64,000 nt of DNA from Callorhinchus milii (taxonomy: Eukaryota): the NCBI RefSeq assembly GCF_018977255.1, contig NW_024704743.1:63118001-63182000 (forward strand), written 5' to 3'. The position numbers and the translations under genes were made by a program. Under the pieces are notes generated by a model. That model searched no databases, was not told where the DNA came from, and saw nothing but the letters and a program-made list of their open reading frames with translations. Positions 9,577-23,389 of the stretch are shown here, in pieces; position 1 is the first letter of the stretch, and every line of letters starts with the position of its first letter.

Positions 9577-12500
9577 AACAGCCATGAATTGAATAACCAA
9601 TATTATTTAGCGTATTGTTGACCAGGATACTGAAAGAAACTCCCTAAACTTTAAAATATTTTGATAGTACAAACAAATTAATGAATTAAACATTATAGCA
9701 GACTTGCTTATAACATTTACCCAGAACAAATCAAACTTTTTATTGAAACATTTTACAATTTTAATAAAGATACATTCAAATAAAAGCTTAATGGCAACAT
9801 GGAACAGGTCAGAGTTAATTTGACTGATTTTCATTTTCTGCCTGTCTCACCTTCCAAATAATTTTTCACTGACTGTTGTTACATGGTTATAATGAGCGAA
9901 CCAAATAAGCTCCATTATTTCTCCAGGGATCAGTATTCCTCATTTTAACACTAGGGAAATTACTGGCTGCAGGAATTAGTACTTCATGTCAACTGTCTCG
10001 ATTAACCTTAATAATAACCACTAACATTATCATGTCTCAGTGTGTCAGAGGATTATGTTAATTATTCCAAGCTTCCTTGGAGTTTAGTGTGTTTTCAGTT
10101 GAAAATCGAATAGTGATCTGTGTGAAGTAAAGCATCATGGAATTTCTCCTGAAAACACTGTATCTGGAGATAAAAGGATCTAACATTTGTCTTAAATTTA
10201 AAAATTCCTGGAATGTTGGACAATAATGAACCAGAACTTACCATTGATAAGGCTCACCCATCCCCATGCTGTTCTCAATGTTGACCCCCGTACAGCTAGA
10301 TGGTGCTTTTCTCTTCCAGTTTGTGGGAATAGTGGCTTTTCCCCCACTAATTAGCGGTCAAAAGACCGTTGAAGTAAAGTTCCTGCTGCATGGTTTCAAG
10401 GATTTTTAGTTAGGAGCATCTTGAAGCTCTTAATCTGAGCTATTCTTGTGATGTTGCGATGTTATGCCATTGCTCCCTGTCAATGTCATTCTCCTGTCAA
10501 TGTGCTGTATTACTGGTCACAGGGAGGAAGAGAAGGGGTGCACAGGGGTGCATTGTCTTCTGATTCCCTTTCTTTGAGAGAGGACGTACCTGGTGTTCAT
10601 CCACATTGATCACTAAAGATTTACTACATCTTTTTAACGTGATTTACCATTGTGAAGATGCAGCAGAGATTGCTATTTTTAGCAATCAACCTAGGATAGA
10701 ACCAAGTGCCTCTCTATCAGCTTGACTTAGATCAGGAACTACATTGTAAAATGAGCACATTTACATTCAGAGCAAGTTGTGCGTGTGAATAACTACATTT
10801 TTAGAATTGGTTTTAAAATAGCTTGTCATCGAAATCTTAAATAACTTATTATGTAAATATGGAGGGAATGTGTTTTCCAATTCAGTGCACAAATTGTATG
10901 TTATACAGTGAATTACATTGGGATTAGAGAGGTTGTATAACAAAGACTAGATCAAAGGATTACTTTTGCTTTGTTTAATTTATGTAAATAAGTCTATTCT
11001 TATTCCACAGATGATATACTCACTGAACACAACCAAGTCTTGTGTTTTTAATTCATGCAGATAAGGCAAAATGTATTCGGTAGACAAATGCCTCTTTTTG
11101 CCGGTAAATGAAATATTAGCCAAATATTCTTCATTCAATGCTTGTATTCAGCAGTATCTGTTAACTGTGAAACATTCTGTCTTCACAGCCACAAGGGACT
11201 GCGTCGTCTGGGTGTTCTTTAATGTTTTTTATGTCAAACACAGATCTTATCTGACTGCTTTTGAACCTTTTGAATGGAATAGTGTGTTACAGAGGTAATG
11301 TCTGCGTGGTGAATTAAATAATATCTGCTATTCAGACGTATTATTAAATGCTTTTGGATATGTTAATGTACAAGTATTTTTGGTCGAAGATTTTTTAATA
11401 GTAATTTTGTATTTTAAAACAATTGATTTATTCATTCTCTTATTCCCCCTTTCATTATGTAATGTATGATTATTTTCTACTCTGCTCCTTGGGGTTATTT
11501 ACAAGGAAAATTTGCATTTATATAGTCCTGTTCACATAGGAATACACCATGAAGCATTGACCCCATATTGACTATTATTGTTGAGGAAGGCAGGACTGTA
11601 AAATATTGGAGACTGCTCCACGTGTGCCATAATGCTGTATCCTGATTGAGGTATAAAATATTAATCACCTGCGTTCTAACAAATATCTTAAAAGGCTGCA
11701 TCAATGTGTATTCAGAACATGTGAACCATTCACTATCATGTGAACTCTGAGTCCCTATGTTTTACTTCCTTATGCTGAATGCAGATCACTGTAGCAAATC
11801 TTGAAACAACAAAAACAACTTGTATTTATATAGTGCCCTCACGCAAGGTAGTGTCCCAGAAACACCTATATGTGCTTGTGATATACGGATGTAAACATGG
11901 TGGCTATGGTGGCTTGGAGAGGGCAGAAAATGTAGTCATTTTTGTTCTGTATTTAGCAGATTTGAGGAGTGACCCCCGCTCCCCCACCCCGGAATTACCT
12001 GGGGAATGTTTGCACTGCACTCACCATCTTGAACAGTGGGCCACTCAGTGAGACATGATGATGGGTGACGCCAAGTGTGGAATTATGGTCAAAGAGGGCC
12101 CCTCAAAGTTATTGTTTGAAAGATTCAAGGGGCATCAGTCCCAATTGTTGGTTATCAGTATCTGTGGTGGACACCAATGTTTGCTTAGAAACTGTCCAAT
12201 GGGACTGCTCTGAAAAGGAGCAAAGGCCATACTTGTCTTTCTTCAAGGACAGCAATGTCCCAAGCAGGATTAGTTTGCGGCAAATAAGATCTGTGTCCAA
12301 ACAGTTCTACTTTATGGTTCTGAGCTCCCAGGGATGCAGCGGAATGTATTGAAGGGAGTGTGCTGTGTCACATGTGCGTGCAGCATCTCTGGAAACTGTG
12401 AGAAACTCAAAACCTTTTGAACAGTAAACCAAGAGCTGAAGTAACATCTCCAATTTTAACAGTCATTCCCCTTCGTAAAAGTACATTATTTATATTGAAG

Positions 12501-14708
12501 GTGCACTATAAAATCTATCATCTCTGAGAATGTCCTTGGACTCTGTTAATTAAAATTCTGTAGAATATCACTGACCAATTCAGTCTTTGTCAGTACAACA
12601 GCCTCTGAATTAGACTGGAAGTGTGACTTATTTTTGAGGAAGTACTCAATCCCTCATGTTAACATCGTCCATGCTGGTGCCAAGCTGAGCAAGACAGTCA
12701 AGTAGAACTTGTCCATGCTCAGGGGACAGGGTTGGTGACACAGAGAGAGAGAGAGATGTGGAAGTTAACCCCATGCCTGTGGGCGACATCATTGAGCGAG
12801 AGCATATAGATCATGAAGAGGAGAGGATCCTGAGGAACGTGTGTCTGTGCGGGGGCAGGATGAGAATCAGGCCATTTGGCTCATCAACTGGTGCTTTAAT
12901 CCACACAAACAACTCAGTTGAGGCTCTGCTCCAAACAGTTCTACTCGTCCTCCTGACATGAAAGGCGCTATGCAAATGTTATTTTGTTGTTGCTCTTCAG
13001 CTATCAACCTGGAATGTGCTACCATAAGAGAAGCTAGGAGGATTCAATGAAACACAGCCACAGCTCTTAATTTGATAAAAGGACCCTGCAATGGCAGAGA
13101 GTCTGCTGTTTTGTAACATGCCTATGAGATCAAATAAATCAGCCTTGCAAATAAGCTAACGACGGGGAGTAGAGCATGTGACTAGGGAGTGTTAAAAAGG
13201 AGAATACATAGAAGAATAACCCATTTAAAGCAATATTTATTACAGTCACTTAATGGTGCTTACAGAGTTAATGGGAAGTTAAATAAGTGATTCTTTCCCT
13301 TGCTTTCTCTCTTTACTGATGTCATATAATCTGTATCACTGCACTGTTTTTGTGCACTAACTAGCAGTGTTATACTGAATACGTGTAAAACTTTACTGCA
13401 GCTATAAAATACTTTAATCCTTCGGGGCATTAAGATTTATTATTCCCACAAAGCTAGTGATTGAATAAGATGATTGTAATTAAGCCAAAATGGCCTTATT
13501 TTAATGCATTAAATGATAAGAGAAGCTAAGAAAGATAGATCATTTCACATGAGTCTTTATTACCATCTGTGATGTGCTGATAGGACATTTTTAATGTATA
13601 AAAGAGGTTCTGTGTTAAACGGAACTGAGACTGCACAATGGGTTTAGCCTCAGGAGAGAGATTCTGTTTTCCCATGGGATTATGTTGAATAGTCTTAAAA
13701 TGTACCATGTGAAACTTTTTGGGAAGAGAGGTTCAAGATTTTGCCCAATCGACAATGCAGAAACGGTGACAAAGGTCCAAGACAGGATGGTGAGTGACTT
13801 GGAGGGGAACCTGGACTGTGATGTAACCACAATGGTGTAAGTGGTACAGTCGTGTGGGGGCCTACCTGGTTATGGGGGTCCATCCCATTAGCGGTGGGAG
13901 GACTCGTGTTCTCTCATTTCCCATTTCAATATCACCCGTGTGCTTCATCACGGAGAGAGAGAACACGAGGAGACCGGAATGTTAAAGGGAAGCAAACTTT
14001 TAGATTTTAGAATTGGGAAGGAACCTATTCCACCGGGGCCTCTGAGGCCTTATTACACCACTGAACTGGGAAGTGGTGGTGTTCTTGTGACACTGCTGAG
14101 CTAGTTCTGGATGTGGGGTTCACTGGGTTGAGAAGCACTGTTAAAGCAAGGATGGTGAGTTGATGCAGTACATTCTGGAAATAGTCCACACTACAGCCAG
14201 AGTGTGTTTGATGGAGAGGGAACGGATGGTATCACACTTCTCCTGTCAAACTTCCTCACTGCAGAACAAGATTTTAAAAAATGAAGAAAGAACTTGTATT
14301 TGTATAGAGTCCTATTACTAATTCAAGTTAGGACATGTTCGTAGAACGCTATAAAAATGGATTCTTAAGCTTTTTCAATTTGTTCTGGAGTGAGGAAGTA
14401 TGACAGCAGAAGGTATACCAGCTCCATCAAAAGTATAACAAAGGTCTCAGGTGGTACATTGAAAAGTGTTTCACAGGTAATTTCTGATAAGTACAGTGGC
14501 AGTTTTATAGGCGAATGTGCCAACCATTTGTGCCAACTGTTCCCATAAACAGCCTAGAGTTAAATGGCTAATTAATTTTGAGTATTGGCCAGGATACCAG
14601 GAGAAAGTTTCTCTTTCCTAATAGTGTCAGGGGCTTTTTGACATCCAACAATGTAATTTTAACCGGTTAAACATAAGCTTGCTAGACAGGGCTCTCAATG
14701 GCAAATTA

Positions 14709-14869
14709 CAGTCAAACCTGTTCAAGCAACCACCTCCTGTTAACAACCACCCTGGAACAGCCAAACAGAAATTCTACACACATCAAAGAACCCTTACTCA
14801 GAGACCATCCTAATATAAAAGCCACTGAGGGCCAGTCCTCTGAGAGGTAGTTGAAGGCAGGTTCGTCTG
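14709..14869. mobile_element. Tc1/mariner-pogo (Tigger-like) MITE
   Basis: TA|CAGTCAAACCTG...CAGGTTCGTCTG|TA: imperfect TIRs with TA on both sides (14707-14708, 14870-14871). Confidence 0.65.
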
Positions 14870-15189
14870 TATGCAGTTTTTAGCTCATTAATCTCCAGCG
14901 GTAGTACATTGCACACTCTGGGTCCCCAACCCTCTGTTCTTGCCAACTTGCACCAAATATTTTCGAGAATTAGGTAAACAGGTTGAATTCCAACAGGAAA
15001 TGAGTCATATTCCAGTCCCTAATACAGAGAAATTTCAATGCATAGGTGGCATTTTCTTTAGTCAGCCAAGTGTCTGTCACATGCAGAAACCCATCACTGT
15101 TTTATTTACTAAAATGCTGCGAACCAGCAGTCAAAGGTGGTGATCTATGAGCTGGAAATCCAATGCCATCCAGAACTCTGCAACTCATG

Positions 15190-15327
15190 TCCTCTGTGGC
15201 TCTGTAACCCTATCACCCCCACCCTCACCCGGCTCCCCATCCCCCTGAGGACAAAGTTCAAAATCCTTGTCCTCACCTTCAAGGCCCTCCACGGCCTTGC
15301 TCCTCCCTACCTCTGTGTCCTACTAAC
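15190..15327 (+). mobile_element. L2 3' fragment, left half (continues at 16837)
   Basis: KFKILVLTFKALHGLAPPYLC. Confidence 0.8.
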
Positions 15328-16836
15328 AACAACAACAATAAGATTCCATTTATAGAGCGCCTTTCACGTCGGGAGGACTTCCCAAGGCACTGGACAGTTG
15401 GGTGAGGACCCGAGCAGGGGGGAAACGGTCAGGGTGAGGGGAGGGAAGGGAGGGAGCGAGGAGGGGGTAGAGAGTCGAGAGGGGAGCTGAAGGCACGGTC
15501 AAAGAGAAAGGTCTTGAGACCGGCCTTGAAGGAGGAAAGGGAGGAGGCGGCGAAGGCACTGGGGGATGGAGTTCCAGAGCCTCGGGGCTGAGAGGCTGAA
15601 GGCCCGGCCACCGATGGTAGGGCGGTTGGGGCAGGGGATGTGGAGCAGACCGGAGCCAGAGGAACGGAGGGTATGGGCAGGTAGGTAGGGGGATAGTAGG
15701 TCGGAGAGGTAGGAGGGAGCAAGGCCGTGAATGGCCTTGTAGGTGAGGATGAGGATCTTGAAATCAATCCTCTGGGGGATGGGGAGCCAGTGGAGGCGAG
15801 CGAGGGTGGGAGTGATGTGGTCGCGAAGCCTGGTGCGGGACAGTACACGAGCTGCAGAGTTCTGAATGACCTGCAGCTTGTGGAGGGAGGTGCCGGGAAG
15901 GCCGGCGAGGAGAGAGTTCCCATAGTCCAGCCTTGAGGTGATAAAGGCGTGGACCAGAGTTTCAGCAGCGTGAGGGGTGAGGTAGTGCCGTAGTCTGGCG
16001 ATGTTTCGGAGGTGATGGAAGGCGGTGCCAGTTGTGGCGCGGATATGAGGAAGAAAGGACAGCTCAGGGTCGAACAGAACCCCGAGGTTCCTGACTGAGA
16101 GGTGGAGAGTGCAGCCTTGGATGCTGATGCTGTCAGCGCCTGAGGTGCGGAGGCGCTGACGTGAGCCAATCAGGAGGGCCTCAGTTTTGTGCACGTTGAG
16201 CTGAAGAAAGTTGTCTCTCGTCCAGGACTCGATGTCGGACAGGCAGCTGTCAGGACATCGGTGGTCGTGGAGTTGAGGGTAGAGGAGGAAAGGTAGAGTT
16301 GGGTGTCATCCGCATACATGTGGAAGTTAGCCCCATGTCTGCGGATGATGTCACCAAAGGGGAGCATATAGAGGGTGAAGAGGAGGGGACCGAGGACAGA
16401 GCCCTGAGGGACACCGCACGAGACAGTGGGAGAGGTACAACCTAAACCATTCAAGGACAGGGCCTTGAAGGTTGAGGTGGGAGGACAAGTGGTGGAGGAG
16501 GATAGCGTGGTCGACCGTATCGAATGCAGCCGATAGGTCGAGGAGGACGAGGAGGCAGAGGGAGCCCCGGTCGCAGATGGTCAAGATGTCATTGGTGACC
16601 TTGACCAGGGCGGTTTCTGTGCTATGGCCAGCACGGAAACCCGACTGAAGGGGTTCGAATAATGCATGGGTGGAGAGGAAAGAGCGCAGCTGGGAGGCGA
16701 CAACCCTTTCAAGGACCTTGGACAGGAAGGGGAGGTTGGAGATGGGCCGGTAGCTTGATAGCTGCGACGCATCAAGGGAGGGTTTTTTCAAAGTGGGAGT
16801 GATGATGGCAGTTTTTAGGTGAATGGGAACAGAGCA
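15328..16836 (-). mobile_element. Young 5'-truncated L2 LINE (RT + tail)
   Basis: [76 protein letters not shown]; CpGs retained; (GTT)n tail; frameshifted. Confidence 0.95.
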
Positions 16837-17180
16837 TAACCCCATATCAACCTGTCCAGTCCCTCTGACCAGCAGGCAATGGCTTGCTTCATGTTCCCTG
16901 CCCTGCCCGCCCCACCATCGGTGGTTTGGCATTCAGCCTCTCTGCTCCCAACCTTTGGAGCTCCATCCCACTGTCCCTTTGCCTTGCTCCCTCCCTTGCC
17001 TCCTTCAAGGCACATCTCAAGACCCTCCTCTTTAACCGCTCCTTCGGCCACCCTCCTACCCTTACCCTCTTTGCCTTCCACTTCTCCTGATCCCAATCCT
17101 GCTTGAGTCCAAATCCCTTCTGTCCAGTGCCTTGGGACATCCTGTGAAAGGCGTTATACAAATATAATTTGTTGTTGTTG
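16837..17180 (+). mobile_element. L2 3' fragment, right half
   Basis: RPTIGGLAFSLSAPNLWSSIP...FKAHLKTLLF; tail GTGAAAGGCGTTATACAAAT...GTTGTTGTTG. Confidence 0.85.
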
Positions 17181-17469
17181 CTTTCACTAGCTGGCTTTGT
17201 CAACATCACTTGAGCAATACACTAAGCAAGTTGAGATCACCTGGATCCCATACTTCGGAGTGATTTCCATTTAAGTTGCTTGTGAGCACTTCGCAGGTAA
17301 TTGCTGTCAATATTTGGCAGGAGGTCAATATTAAAATGAGAGCAACAGTATCTATTTCTCCCCTGTTAATTCCACAGCTTATTATGATACCGAACAATTA
17401 GATAGTTTGTGATGCGACACCCTGTATACTAGCCTGACTAGGAAAGGAATCCTTCTTTTGGGAAGAAGT

Positions 17470-17950
17470 TAAAGCTACAGAGAGAGTGTGGAAGAGATTT
17501 ATTGGGATGATACCAGTGATAGAGAGATGAATAGAGACTGGAGGAACTCAGCCTATTTTCACCGGAACAGAGAAGATTGAAGGGAGATCTGACAGAGGTA
17601 TTTAAAATTATGAGGGGTTTTGATTAAGTCAATGGGGAGAAATTGTTTCCACTGGTCAGTGAGTCAGTAGTTAGAGGGCATCAATTTAAGATAATTAACA
17701 AAGAAGCAAGGGGGAGTTCAGGAGACTTTACCCAGAGAGTTGCTGTGGCAGGTGTGTGGTTGGGACAGATTCCATATTAGCTATCAAAAAGGAACTAGAT
17801 AGATATCTGAAAATAAGTAATTTGTAGAGCTATGAGCAAAAGACACGTGAATGGAACTGAATGGATTGCTCTTTCAAAGAGCCAGCACGGACACGATGGG
17901 CCAAATGGCCTGTTTCTGTTCTCTAAAGTTGTATGGTTCCATGGTTCCTT
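17470..17950 (+). mobile_element. CR1 3' fragment
   Basis: GAACAGAGAAGATTGAAGGGAGATCTGACAGAGG; 3' UTR GCCAGCACGGACACGATGGGCCAAATGGCC; tail (ATGGTTCC)2. Confidence 0.8.
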
Positions 17951-19309
17951 ATAACTTTCAGTCTGAGGAATCAGTGACTCAGCCACCTGCATTGCTGTGT
18001 GAAGCCACTTCCATCCTCTCACTTTATTATAAGAAGCCAGACCACCTGCTGTTGAGATTTGTCTTGCTGAAGGGTAAGTACTTTGAGGAACACAGAATGC
18101 ACAGACAGAAGTATGGCAGGATGGAACAGCGTAATGGTCTTCAGTCTATCAGATGTTGACAGATGTGACAGAGACAATGTCACGCTTTTAAATGAATGAG
18201 GTGAAGGTCATAAACAATGTAATGGGTCAAAAAACAATATAATAGGAGGTCCAGAATACCAGTGTATAGTGGCTTGATCAAATATCAACTCTGACAGCAA
18301 TTCAGCCTTATCTGCACAAACAGCTCGCTTGTCAAAGATGATCGATGGTACGAGCAACTTTAACCCCTTAGTTTCCAAAGAAATATTTCCTTATTTTAAA
18401 AACACAGCTTATAATACAATCGCATTGTGGATCAAATATATTATCCTCTTCAAAGTGATCTCTGTATCTTTCTCAATGACATGTGTATCTGCTATGCTCA
18501 TACCACTTTAACCAAGCTTCCTTGTCAGGTCTGCTTCATAGATAGAGATTTCATGATCATACCTGGCATCTCTCGCCATTGAAAGTACAGCACCAGCTTT
18601 CTAGTACCTGTGTGGAAAGTCTTCACAGTATTAATAAGAAGTCTATTGCAGTCTTCCATAGGAGTTAAAATAAATGTCCACAGTTTAGTTTCACTGATAA
18701 GATTTTCTGTTTGTAATCTTCAGAAACTTTTTATTTTCCTGCATTTTGTAAAAATGACCCTGTCATTTACTGGACATTCGTAAATTAGAAGGTGCTGATT
18801 GTTTGCCTGGATTTTGCCCCATCACCTTTATATTGTGTGTCAATTCACCTCAGTTGGTAGCACTCGTGCATCTGAGTCAGAAGGTTGTGGGTTCACGTCC
18901 CACGTTAGGACTCGAACTGAGATAAAACTACATTTATGACCAGACTATCCAGCATTTTGCATTTACATGTACACTATGAGCATTGATATTTGTTCCAAAG
19001 GCTGGGAGCATGATCACAGGATCACTAGAAAGGTTTGGATGAAGAAGTTGCTTCAGCTCAATTCACCCTCCCATTACGCCTTACCCGTGCTCAGGGATTT
19101 TCACGTTGTGCTGGAGGATGAGACAGAACACATTATGTATCTCTACCTACACTGCTCCACAAGTAACAGAATCTTTATGTTTGTAGCCCTAAAGGCTCTT
19201 TTGTTGGTTAACACGTGCAATCCTCATTCACATAGTTATGCAAAGGATTGAAGAACTTTATTTCCTATAATCTCATAACAAGTTGCAGTAGCAGTAATGC
19301 TAAACTAAG

Positions 19310-19540
19310 GCATTTCGTTTCACCCACAATATATACAATCACTTCACTTTCCAGTATATTCTGTGAAGTACTTTGAGACGTCTCAATGACATGATAAGGC
19401 GCAATATCAAATGCAAGGATTATTATTATTATATTATAATTTGAATAATATTCCTTGCTTTCGATATAGAGCCTTTCACATCACAAGGATGTCTCAAAGT
19501 GCTTCACAGGTTTTACTGTAAAGTGTATTTTGTAGGTGTC
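19310..19540. mobile_element. Two SINE tails, tail-to-tail
   Basis: Plus-strand ...CAAATGCAAGGATTATTATT then minus-strand TCCTTGCTTTCGATATAGAGCCTTTCAC. Confidence 0.7.
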
Positions 19541-22500
19541 TTTTTTATTTGCAAGATTTGTTGAAAAGGACACTGAGGGAAACTCCCTTCTCTTTTCAAT
19601 AGCAGATAGCAGGAACTGAGAAAATAAAGGACACTGTGAGCCTCAAGCACAATTTACCATCAACTCCCAGCCATTAAATGCATGAACTGTAATAGTCCAA
19701 ATATTGTATTTTCAAAATACATCAGAGTTTTGTAGCATCCGCAAATTCATTAATACATTCCATTTACTTCAACACATTTCCTTTTTTTAGATTATGCAAT
19801 TCATTCATGAAATTATCAGTCATGGCATAGCTATGAAAGTAAATATGCTCTCCGGCTAAGTCGAGTGGTTAATGCTTTGGCCAAGGGCACATTGCTCGAG
19901 AAAAAACTTCATGCTGCACCTTGGCCACTTTGGCTCTGTAACCCTATCCCAGGTCTCTATACCACAAACAATCTCATTTAAAGCAACAAGCAAGCATTAA
20001 GTAAGGGAGAAAATCTGCTAGTCAGGTCGTCCTATTGTATATTGTGACATGTTCTGTGACATAACAAATAGATCAGTAAATATTAACAATGACTTCTCAA
20101 GCAATGCTGATATTCACAAGGTCAGTAGACCTTGAAATATTGCTGCAGTGATATTTTCATTCAGCCAGTGATGCATTCCTGTGCCAAAAAAAATCATGGA
20201 AAGAAAATAAACACGATAAACACGGAAGCATCATCACAACCAATCTTCTTCATGGGTCAAGGAGCAGCATGGCATGCCACACAGCAAAAAGATACCAAAT
20301 ATATATAAAGACCTACATCAATATTTTTCTACAGACCTTTAACAATTGTAAAGTAGAAATTGCACCATTTTAAAAAACTGCATCCAGCCCTGCCAATGTA
20401 CAATGCTATGAGACACCATCCTGCGTGAAGAGCGCTACAAAAATGCAAGTTGCTGTTTAATTGATGTTGTGATAGGAGGACATTAGTGTTGGCAATCTGA
20501 AAAGATGAGATCAAGATGAAAACTTCATCCTAAACTCTCCCGTGATCTACATTTACTTTATTTCTTAGCATTTCAGACCATCCAGAATTTGGGAAATTCT
20601 AAAACTGTCTTTATTTTGAAGCTTGTTATATGTAAGTTTGTTTTAAGAAGTATAGAAGACAGCTTCAAAGTTAAGACTGAATGCAACAACTTGCCAACAT
20701 TTTGGATCCTCTGAAATGCACAAATAGAGTGAACTTTCTGTCTTCATATGTGTTATTCATGTGGTCTGCTCAAGTGACCTGAGAGCCCATAAGGTAAATT
20801 ATTGACTCAATAGGACTTGTGGTAAAATGTATTTGAGTTACTAATTGCGACTTTGGTTTGCAAATCTGAGATTGCGAGATTGACCAAGATTCCCAAATCA
20901 TTGAATTGGCAAATTGACACATAAAGTCCGGTGAAGACAACGCCAGTGAAACACTGTTCATCACCAGGAGTTTTCAGACAGCCTGAGTTCGTGGAACATT
21001 ATAATAATAATCCTTGCATTTGATATAGCACTTTGTCATATCACTCAAAGCGCTTCACAGAATATATTGAAGAATATGTGAGAAACCCTCCTGTGTGAAC
21101 AGCCAGGAGCAAACTGGCTAAATGGAAAATCAGGAAATTTCCTGAGCACCCCCATCAATAGCTTTCTATGATTACCATCTCGTGCAGCTTAGTTTAGAAG
21201 TTCCATTTCAGACCGACAAAGGTTTTATATGTGTGGACGTTTTATGCTATTTGGCAATCACATCAATCAGCCCATTTTACCTGACAATCCCGAGTCCTTT
21301 CGGGGAACCAGCCCCTCACTATAAGTGGCTGACAGTTCTTCCTGTGCCACACTCCCTCCCCTTTGCACTGTTACCTTTTTCAGTGTAATTAAAACATTTA
21401 TTGGTCCACAGTTTGAATGAAAAGAAGGAAACTAGGGACTATTATGCCCCATGTGTAAAGCATGTGTAAGCAATGCATTAAGTTTCAGTTCCAGATGCTA
21501 TCGGTGGTAGTCATGTGGGACATTGTATCATGGAGGAGGAGAAAATGAACTTCTTGGCTCATCCAGTTGAATCACCCATTCTGCCATTATTCACAGAGCT
21601 GCTTCCACTGTCCTGGAAAGGCTAGTGGCCCTAACTCCTGGTAGGGAAGCAGATATGATGTGGCAAGTGGCCTAAGAATGGAGGGTAAAACATGCCAAAC
21701 AAATAAGTGTTTTTTTTACAAAAATCTCCAAGATCTATTAATGCAAGGGCTACACAGGTGACCAGCCGTGATCGTGTTTACATTAATGATACCAGTTGGA
21801 AAGGAGTCTGTAATTCTCTCTCAGTAACGCCCGGAACGAGGAAGTTAATTCCACTTTGAGAAACGTGCATCGTTTGAGTGCCAGCATTAGTAATTGAAAG
21901 GAAGTCTCCAGTGATTCCTGATAGGAGCTGTCATTGGCCCCAGGGATGAGCATCCAAGAGCTCATCTGATTACAGTCCAATAAACAGCTCAGTCCACCCG
22001 CTAGCCATTGTCCAATTGCCATCACTTAATAATCACCACATCTTCATTTAGCCCTAGACTGACACGCACAAAAATCCTCAGAATATTCATCACGCATCTG
22101 TGCAGACCAGATTACGCATTAGCAAGTCTAATCTATTCAAAACCCAGGCAGCCTGGGCTAAGGCGTCTGTTTGGGTGAGCTGTATTGTTGCCTGTGATGG
22201 ATAATAATATAACCGAACCCAATCACAGAGAACAATCAACTCATCTTTGGGAAGGTGAGTGACAAACTGTGCCTGGGCCCTGGCAGTGTTAGAACAATGG
22301 GACGGTAATGCACTTGACACAGCTGGTAATGAAATCCACTTTTGATTAGCAGTATTGCTTTGTGCCAATCACTGTACCCGGCTCTATTATCCCCTGGTCC
22401 TCACCCCAGTTTATTTACAGGAAACAATGGCTTTCCTCGATATGAATAGTATCCAGAGATTGCAGATAGATTGAGCTGTCAACTCGGCACACCAGACGAA

Positions 22501-23389
22501 GATTAATGAGTGGCGCAGACAATAAATATAAAGCAATGATCATAAATATGCTAATAGGTCTTATCAATATACGGTATAATTTGCCGGCAAAATTAAAGAG
22601 TGGTGTGGGGATGAAAGGCCAGCGAGGTGACGGATTGATTATCTAAGTTGTCTGAGATACATACTCAAGCAAGGTTCACAACAGGTTTAGACAGCAATTA
22701 AATACTAAACGGCTAATTCTTTAGAATTCACTTTCTGGGGTTGATTCTTTTACAAGTGGGGAGTTTATCACTAAAAAAGATGTTTATGGAGATTACATTA
22801 TGGTAATTTTAATTGAAAAGCAATGAGCTGGAATAAAAATATGTAACTATTATGCAGCGAAGTGAATGTGATACCAAGTGCGATCAGACAAAATGCCTCC
22901 AGGTTCTCTATCAAGTTAAACACAGTCAAACCCATTTCAATGAGTGCTTGATAAGTGAATGTTTCTGGTAGCAGAAACCGAAAAGGAAAACCATTTTTGT
23001 CACATACCCTTCATATTAATTCCTCATAATGAATGCTTTTAGCAGTCAGTTTCTGTCAAGTGAAAATGTATTCAGTTCAGAGATTACACATTTGAGTGTA
23101 CTTACAGAGCAGTGATTCTATGAGATTATGATTTGCATTGTAACGCGGTAAGCACTTTCTATTTCCTAACAAAGTGGAAACAGTGATTGGACTTTGGATG
23201 TAGTGCTTGCTGCAGTCTTTAAAGGATATGTGCTGCATCCCCAGCTTTGGTCTGCAATATCTGTCAAGCAGCCAGGTTGCTTCCACAGTAACAGTCTCTT
23301 TATCAAGCTGGATTAACACATAAAAATGCCCAGGACATAGGTATTATTTGAGCCCCCAAAGCAAATAATTTACATCTTTATAATTTACA

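Noticed and set aside
15429..16932. Long ORFs as host genes
   Set aside because: Frameshifted L2 RT segments and their shadow frames.
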